Positions 35,461 to 40,998 of a stretch of 40,998 nt of DNA are shown one piece after another. The translations under genes were made by a program, and so were the position numbers. Every line of letters begins with the position of its first letter. The stretch's first letter is position 1. Source of the DNA: Octopus bimaculoides (Eukaryota); assembly GCF_001194135.2 (NCBI RefSeq), contig NC_068982.1:132587450-132628447 (forward strand), given 5' to 3'. Under the pieces are notes generated by a model. The model did no database searches and was not told the DNA's origin. It saw nothing but the letters and a program-made list of their open reading frames with translations.

Positions 35461-35860
35461 GTAACAAACAACAATAACAATAACAATAGCAACAACAACA
35501 ACAGCAGCATTATGAATGACTTCCACAATAATTCACCTTCTAATCTAATCTGATACAGCTATTATGTTTCTGTTTCCTTGGCTTTCAAAAATGAATTCAA
35601 CTTTACATGTTAATGCAATGTTGACATAAAACAACATCTGCTTTCTGATTTGTCGATGTCAAAATATTGACGAAAGTAATATGTGTTATTGTGTGTGTGT
35701 GCACATATGTGTGTGCATGCACACAAGCTTATCTGCAACATCTAGGGAATTTTTTTCTCTTTTTTAACTGATTCTTGGTGATATTTTCAAAAAATGCCTG
35801 GCTTCCTGTTGCTATTTCTGATAATTTTATCCAACTTCTTCCTTCATTCATTTTCTGTGT

Positions 35861-35904
<44 letters not shown>

Positions 35905-35914
35905 NNNNNNNNNN

Positions 35915-35948
<34 letters not shown>

Positions 35949-36554
35949 ATGTATATGTATATATATATTGTTATTGTTATTTTTATAAGTTTTACTGATG
36001 TTATATTATCACGTGGAATTTAATCAAGGCCTCATTTATATTTCTTTTTCTTAATAATTTCATGACAATTTGTTAATGTGTGCTTCAGATTACTATTCCC
36101 ATCTGCTAAGTAGACACTTACCTATATTGGAATATTCCCACATTTTCCAGTTATATTGGTAGAGATTCAACTTCATAAACAAAATTATTGATAATTTTGT
36201 AACCACTAATAATAACATAATGATTAATAGCATTATCTTTAACAAAATTATCAGTTATCATAAAACCGTTAATGGTTTCTGCCTGCAGAGCCTCACAAGA
36301 AGGGAGAAGTGCTAAAAATCTGAAAATATATATTGTTTAGTAGACATGTCCAACCCATGCAAGCACGCAAACAGATGGCTGCTAGAATGTTGATGATAAT
36401 GAGGATATTATAATGACAATGATGAAGAGGAAGAGGTGGAAGAAGAAGGAAAAGAATGATGAAGATCATGACTGATAAAAATCATGACTGATAAAAATGA
36501 CGACTTCCTTTAATAAGGATGGTAGGAACGATTACAATAAAAATATAATGTCTT

Positions 36555-36960
36555 TTATCCTTTATCTTTTATGTGTTTCAGTCATTAGACTGTGGCCTTG
36601 CTGGGGCATGGCCTTGAAGATCTTTGAGTCAAATGAACCAACCTTTTAGTCAAATGAACTGTTCTTTCATTTCTTAAAGCCTGGTACTTATTGTATCAGC
36701 CTCTTTTGCTGAAACTTCTAAGTTATGAGGACGTAAACACACCAACACTGGTTGTCAAGCAGTGGAGTGGAAACAAACACACACACAAAGACATACACAG
36801 GTATATATATATGACAGGCTCCTTTCAGTTTCCATCTACAAAATCCCACTTACAAGGCTTTGGTCAACCTGAGAAGACACTTACTTAAGGTGTCACACAG
36901 TGAAACTGAACCTGAAACCATGTGGTTGGGAAGCAAGCATCTTACAACACTGCTATGCCT
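36555..36960 (-). mobile_element. SINE family A, decayed
   Basis: gtttcagtcattagactgtggcc.tgctgggg...ctggtacttatt.tatc...ctaagttatgaggacgtaaacacacc...tcagtttccatctac.aaatc.cact.acaaggctttgg...gaaaccatgtggttgg.aagcaagc. Confidence 0.85.
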
Positions 36961-36979
36961 CTCTCTCTCTCTCTCTCTC

Positions 36980-37077
<98 letters not shown>

Positions 37078-37718
37078 NNNNNNNNNNNNNNNNNNNNNNN
37101 NNNNNNNNNNNNNNNNNNNNNNNNNNNNNNNNNNNNNNNNNNNNNNNNNNNNNNNNNNNNNNNNNNNNNNNNNNNNNNNNNNNNNNNNNNNNNNNNNNNN
37201 NNNNNNNNNNNNNNNNNNNNNNNNNNNNNNNNNNNNNNNNNNNNNNNNNNNNNNNNNNNNNNNNNNNNNNNNNNNNNNNNNNNNNNNNNNNNNNNNNNNN
37301 NNNNNNNNNNNNNNNNNNNNNNNNNNNNNNNNNNNNNNNNNNNNNNNNNNNNNNNNNNNNNNNNNNNNNNNNNNNNNNNNNNNNNNNNNNNNNNNNNNNN
37401 NNNNNNNNNNNNNNNNNNNNNNNNNNNNNNNNNNNNNNNNNNNNNNNNNNNNNNNNNNNNNNNNNNNNNNNNNNNNNNNNNNNNNNNNNNNNNNNNNNNN
37501 NNNNNNNNNNNNNNNNNNNNNNNNNNNNNNNNNNNNNNNNNNNNNNNNNNNNNNNNNNNNNNNNNNNNNNNNNNNNNNNNNNNNNNNNNNNNNNNNNNNN
37601 NNNNNNNNNNNNNNNNNNNNNNNNNNNNNNNNNNNNNNNNNNNNNNNNNNNNNNNNNNNNNNNNNNNNNNNNNNNNNNNNNNNNNNNNNNNNNNATATAT
37701 ATATATATATATATATAT

Positions 37719-37926
37719 AATTTAGAGAAAAAGAACCCCACAATTATTTAATTCATCCACGAAAATCCATGATCACATATAGAAAACTTAAGTAAATACA
37801 CTAAAAAGACCTATACGATTTTTATTATAAGTCTTTTTAGTGTATTTACTAAATAAATTTTTCTATATGTGATTGTGGATTTTTATGGATGAATTAAATA
37901 ATTGTGGCTTTTTTTTTATCTAAATT
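37719..37926. repeat. AT-rich palindrome/MITE-like fold-back with about 100-bp arms, flanked by (TA)n
   Basis: 37719-37815 pairs with 37826-37926 around a 10-nt loop (cgatttttat), about 85-90% identity by eye. Confidence 0.85.
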
Positions 37927-38706
37927 ATATATTTATATATTATATTTTGTGAAATTTAATTTAATTTTGATAAAGTAAATTGAATTTTTCCCTGTAAATT
38001 GGAATTTTTTCTCTAATATATATATATATATGTGGGGGTTGTATATGAGTGTGTGTGTGTTAAATATGGATATGTATGTTGTACATAAATAAATATATAC
38101 CCATAACCCCCTATACACACACACATACACTCACATACATAAATACTTACATTAATGTATGTGTTTGTGTGTGTGTGTGTGTGTGTAGGTATGTGTGTGC
38201 ATGCATATATGTGTTTATATGTATGTGTAGAAAACACATGTAAAAAAATGCAAACATATATGTATTCATAACAAGTCTTAAACAGACTCGGATTAGACTT
38301 ACTAGTAGTTTGATATATAACCAGTACTGACTGCAGATAACTACTATCTCCAGTGTACGAAGTAAGTAGATATACACACATGGATCAATTTAAAAGAACG
38401 GTGTGGAGTTAATCACTTCTAACAGGCAATACACAAATATATCTCATGCACTCTAATGTTTCAGCCAGAAAAATAATAAATAATATAAGCTATATATATG
38501 TGCGCGTGCTTGTGTGTATGTACATGTGTGTGTATGCGTGTATGAATATAATTTATTGGTCAATTTGTTTAATCTATCTATATAGTTACCTATCTAGTCA
38601 TCTACCTATCTGTTCATCTGTCAATCTGTCTGTCTGTCTATCTATCCATCAGTCTATCTATTTATCTGTCTGTGTGTCTGTTTGTCTGCCTGTCCATCCA
38701 TCTGTC

Positions 38707-38764
<58 letters not shown>

Positions 38765-38930
38765 CACACACATCTATGAATTTGTGTTGCAAGACGACTG
38801 ATGGGAAATTGTGTGTCGAAACAGATTTTGTATTTCACGACAGTCATTTGTTTTCTTTTACCAAAGAAACACGCGCACTATATATTCATTCTTCAGTCAT
38901 TTATTAATGTTCGTATTCTAACTCATGTCC

Positions 38931-38980
38931 ATTGTCTAGAAATCTTTCGTCACACATCTGTGACCTCTTCAGCGACACCT
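38931..38980 (-). ncRNA. Minimal type I hammerhead ribozyme motif
   Basis: Minus strand: GGUGUCG-CUGAAGA-G-GUCACA-GAUG-UGUGAC-GAAA-GAUUUC^UAGACAAU. The CUGANGA/GAAA core is intact, stem II is a perfect 6 bp, and there is an NUH (UUC) site. Stem III is tiny and stem I is short and bulged. Confidence 0.7.
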
Positions 38981-39068
38981 TCTGCCTTCGTGTGTGCTTT
39001 TGCTCCGCATATTTCATTCTGTTCTTCTATGATATGTATCCTTATATGCTCATGCGTTTGCACCTGTG

Positions 39069-39109
<41 letters not shown>

Positions 39110-39614
39110 ACGTACGTGTGTGTGTGTGTGTGCATGTGTGTATGTGTGTCATCGTTCTTAGTAGCACTATGACCTTCCCTTCAGCCCTATTTCCTCCCCT
39201 GTTGTTGCTGCTGCTGTCCTAGGACCTGAAATTTGGTCCAGTTCCTGTATCTCTCTGTGTTTGTGTGTTCACCCACATTGCTGCAATCGTGATAGTTATT
39301 GTTGTTGTTGCTCCTAATGCCATTGTTGTCACTGCTACTGCTGCTATCATTGTTAGTAATATTGTTAATATTGCTGTGGCCGTCTGTGAAGTTACTGTGT
39401 GTGTATATGGGTTCACTTCCCATGTTGTTTGTAACCATGCCCTTCATATAAATTTATTTATTTATTTTTATCTATCTCTGTTTCTTATATTATTATCTAT
39501 TTTTTATTTACCTATCTCTATTTATCACAGGTATGTGCATATGTCTCTTGTGTGTGTATTACCCATTTTGTATCTGTGTTTTATTTTTTCTCTCTCTTCT
39601 CCTCTCTTCTGCTT

Positions 39615-40000
39615 TTAGTTGTCATGTTGTGTGGTGTGGTGGTGGGTGCTATTGTTTCTCTCATATTTTCTATTAAGGCTCCGTCTGTCTATTGCTATGT
39701 GTGTAGCCTCTGTGATTTGTTTAAATGTTGTATCAGTTCTATGCATCCATAATACCTTCACTTCTATGCTATTAATCAATCTGCTACGTTCTGCTTGAGC
39801 ATGTTGGTAGAGTACCAACGAGCCTTTCTCTTCTTTGAGCTTTTGCCAGTGTTCACCTATATGTTCCCCTATGTTGCATGCTGTCTCTCCAATGTAAGTA
39901 GTTGTCATATTTCTGCACTGTCCCTCAGTACATCCTAAGCTATACACTATATTCCTAACATTACAGTTAACCCATGGGTTCATTCTACATACAATACAGT
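39615..40000 (-). pseudogene. GIY-YIG endonuclease domain of a Penelope-like element (RT missing)
   Basis: Stop-free frame: CIVCRMNPWVNCNVRNIVYSLGCTEGQCRNMTTTYIGETACNIGEHIGEHWQ...VLYQHA...QITEATHI...LNRKYERNN. IVY...YIG, Glu and Asn are present, but the expected helix Arg (RxxEH) is His. Confidence 0.85.
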
Positions 40001-40149
40001 TGTATTGTATTATACATACAGACAATGGACATGAGTTAGAATAAGGACAGTAACAAATGAGTAAAGAACAAATACATAGTGCGTGTGTTTATTTGACAAA
40101 AAAAAAAGAAAAAGTGATCGTCCTGAAATACAATATATATATGTGTATG

Positions 40150-40180
<31 letters not shown>

Positions 40181-40555
40181 NNNNNNNNNNNNNNNNNNNN
40201 NNNNNNNNNNNNNNNNNNNNNNNNNNNNNNNNNNNNNNNNNNNNNNNNNNNNNNNNNNNNNNNNNNNNNNNNNNNNNNNNNNNNNNNNNNNNNNNNNNNN
40301 NNNNNNNNNNNNNNNNNNTATATACATACATACATATATATATGTTTGTGGTGGCACATAACAAGCATATTTCGGGTGTATGTACATATGTATATGTACA
40401 TACTTACATCTATACATATATATATATGCATATGTGGGCACAGGACATCACTGTACATTCCATGTACTCGTACTTTGTATTTTTTTTTTTTTTTGTTGTA
40501 CATGTTTCGTGACGTCCTGTGCTCACAGTCTGATGGAAATTAATTGCATTACTTC

Positions 40556-40830
40556 AAGAGAATGACTTGCTAACTGACACCTGGCATAGTTTTTGACCAG
40601 GTAGAAGCTGCCTGACACAACTCTTGCAGCATTACTACTGGGTGCTAAAGCAGCTGCTCACCAACTCAAATGTGGACGTGATATACCTCAACTTTGCAAA
40701 AGCCTTTGACAAATTCAACCATGGTATGATTTGTCACATTTTCCAAAATCTTGGCATATTTGGAAAACTTGGAGAATGGCTACATGACTTTCTCACAGAT
40801 AAAAGTCAGGTAGAGGTGGTCAATGGGGCA
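40556..40830 (+). mobile_element. CR1-clade LINE reverse transcriptase fragment
   Basis: NDLLTDTWHSF*PGRSCLTQLLQHYYWVLKQL...VDVIYLNFAKAFDKFNHG...LGIFGKLGEWLHDFLTDKSQVEVVNG. Confidence 0.9.
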
Positions 40831-40960
40831 TGGTGTAGATGTAGGCTTTTTCGAAACAAAACTGGATCTCCTTCTGTCAAGAGTTATGGATGAACCTACC
40901 TCTAGGCAAGAAACAGATTAATGCAGTCCCAGCATGGCTGTAGTCCTTGGACTGAAACTT

Positions 40961-40998
<38 letters not shown>

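Larger units (their letters stand above)
38828..40133 (-). mobile_element. Penelope-like element remnant: inverted terminal arm, GIY-YIG, 3' UTR, hammerhead, terminal arm
   Basis: GIY-YIG ORF at 39615-40000, hammerhead core at 38939-38972, and 38828-38937 is the reverse complement of 40020-40133. Confidence 0.75.

Noticed and set aside
35645-35690. Hammerhead-like GUCAA-AAUA-UUGAC-GAAA
   Set aside because: The preceding core reads UUGUCGA rather than CUGANGA, and there is no stem III or stem I support.

Overview
AT-rich, microsatellite-saturated animal genomic DNA with many N gaps flanked by (TA)n. The repeat families and low-complexity texture are most consistent with a coleoid cephalopod such as Octopus (inference, not verified). 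I found no supportable host protein-coding exon, rRNA or intact tRNA gene. The window is a transposon graveyard: an L1/Tx1-like ORF2 fragment, four decayed copies of an RTE LINE (three still show a C4HC3 PHD finger inside the RT domain), a second RTE family without that finger, a CR1 RT fragment, three Penelope-like GIY-YIG fragments, Tc1/mariner, Chapaev-like and MITE-like DNA elements, and many tRNA-derived SINEs and RTE-tail copies. The most notable structure is at 38.8-40.1 kb, where a Penelope-like endonuclease fragment is followed by a minimal hammerhead ribozyme core. The sequence just 3' of the predicted cleavage site reappears inverted at the other end of the element. Two RTE copies are interrupted by locally templated inverted duplications, and long fold-backs are dense across the window. 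All alignments were done by eye, and family names come from recalled motifs, not database searches.
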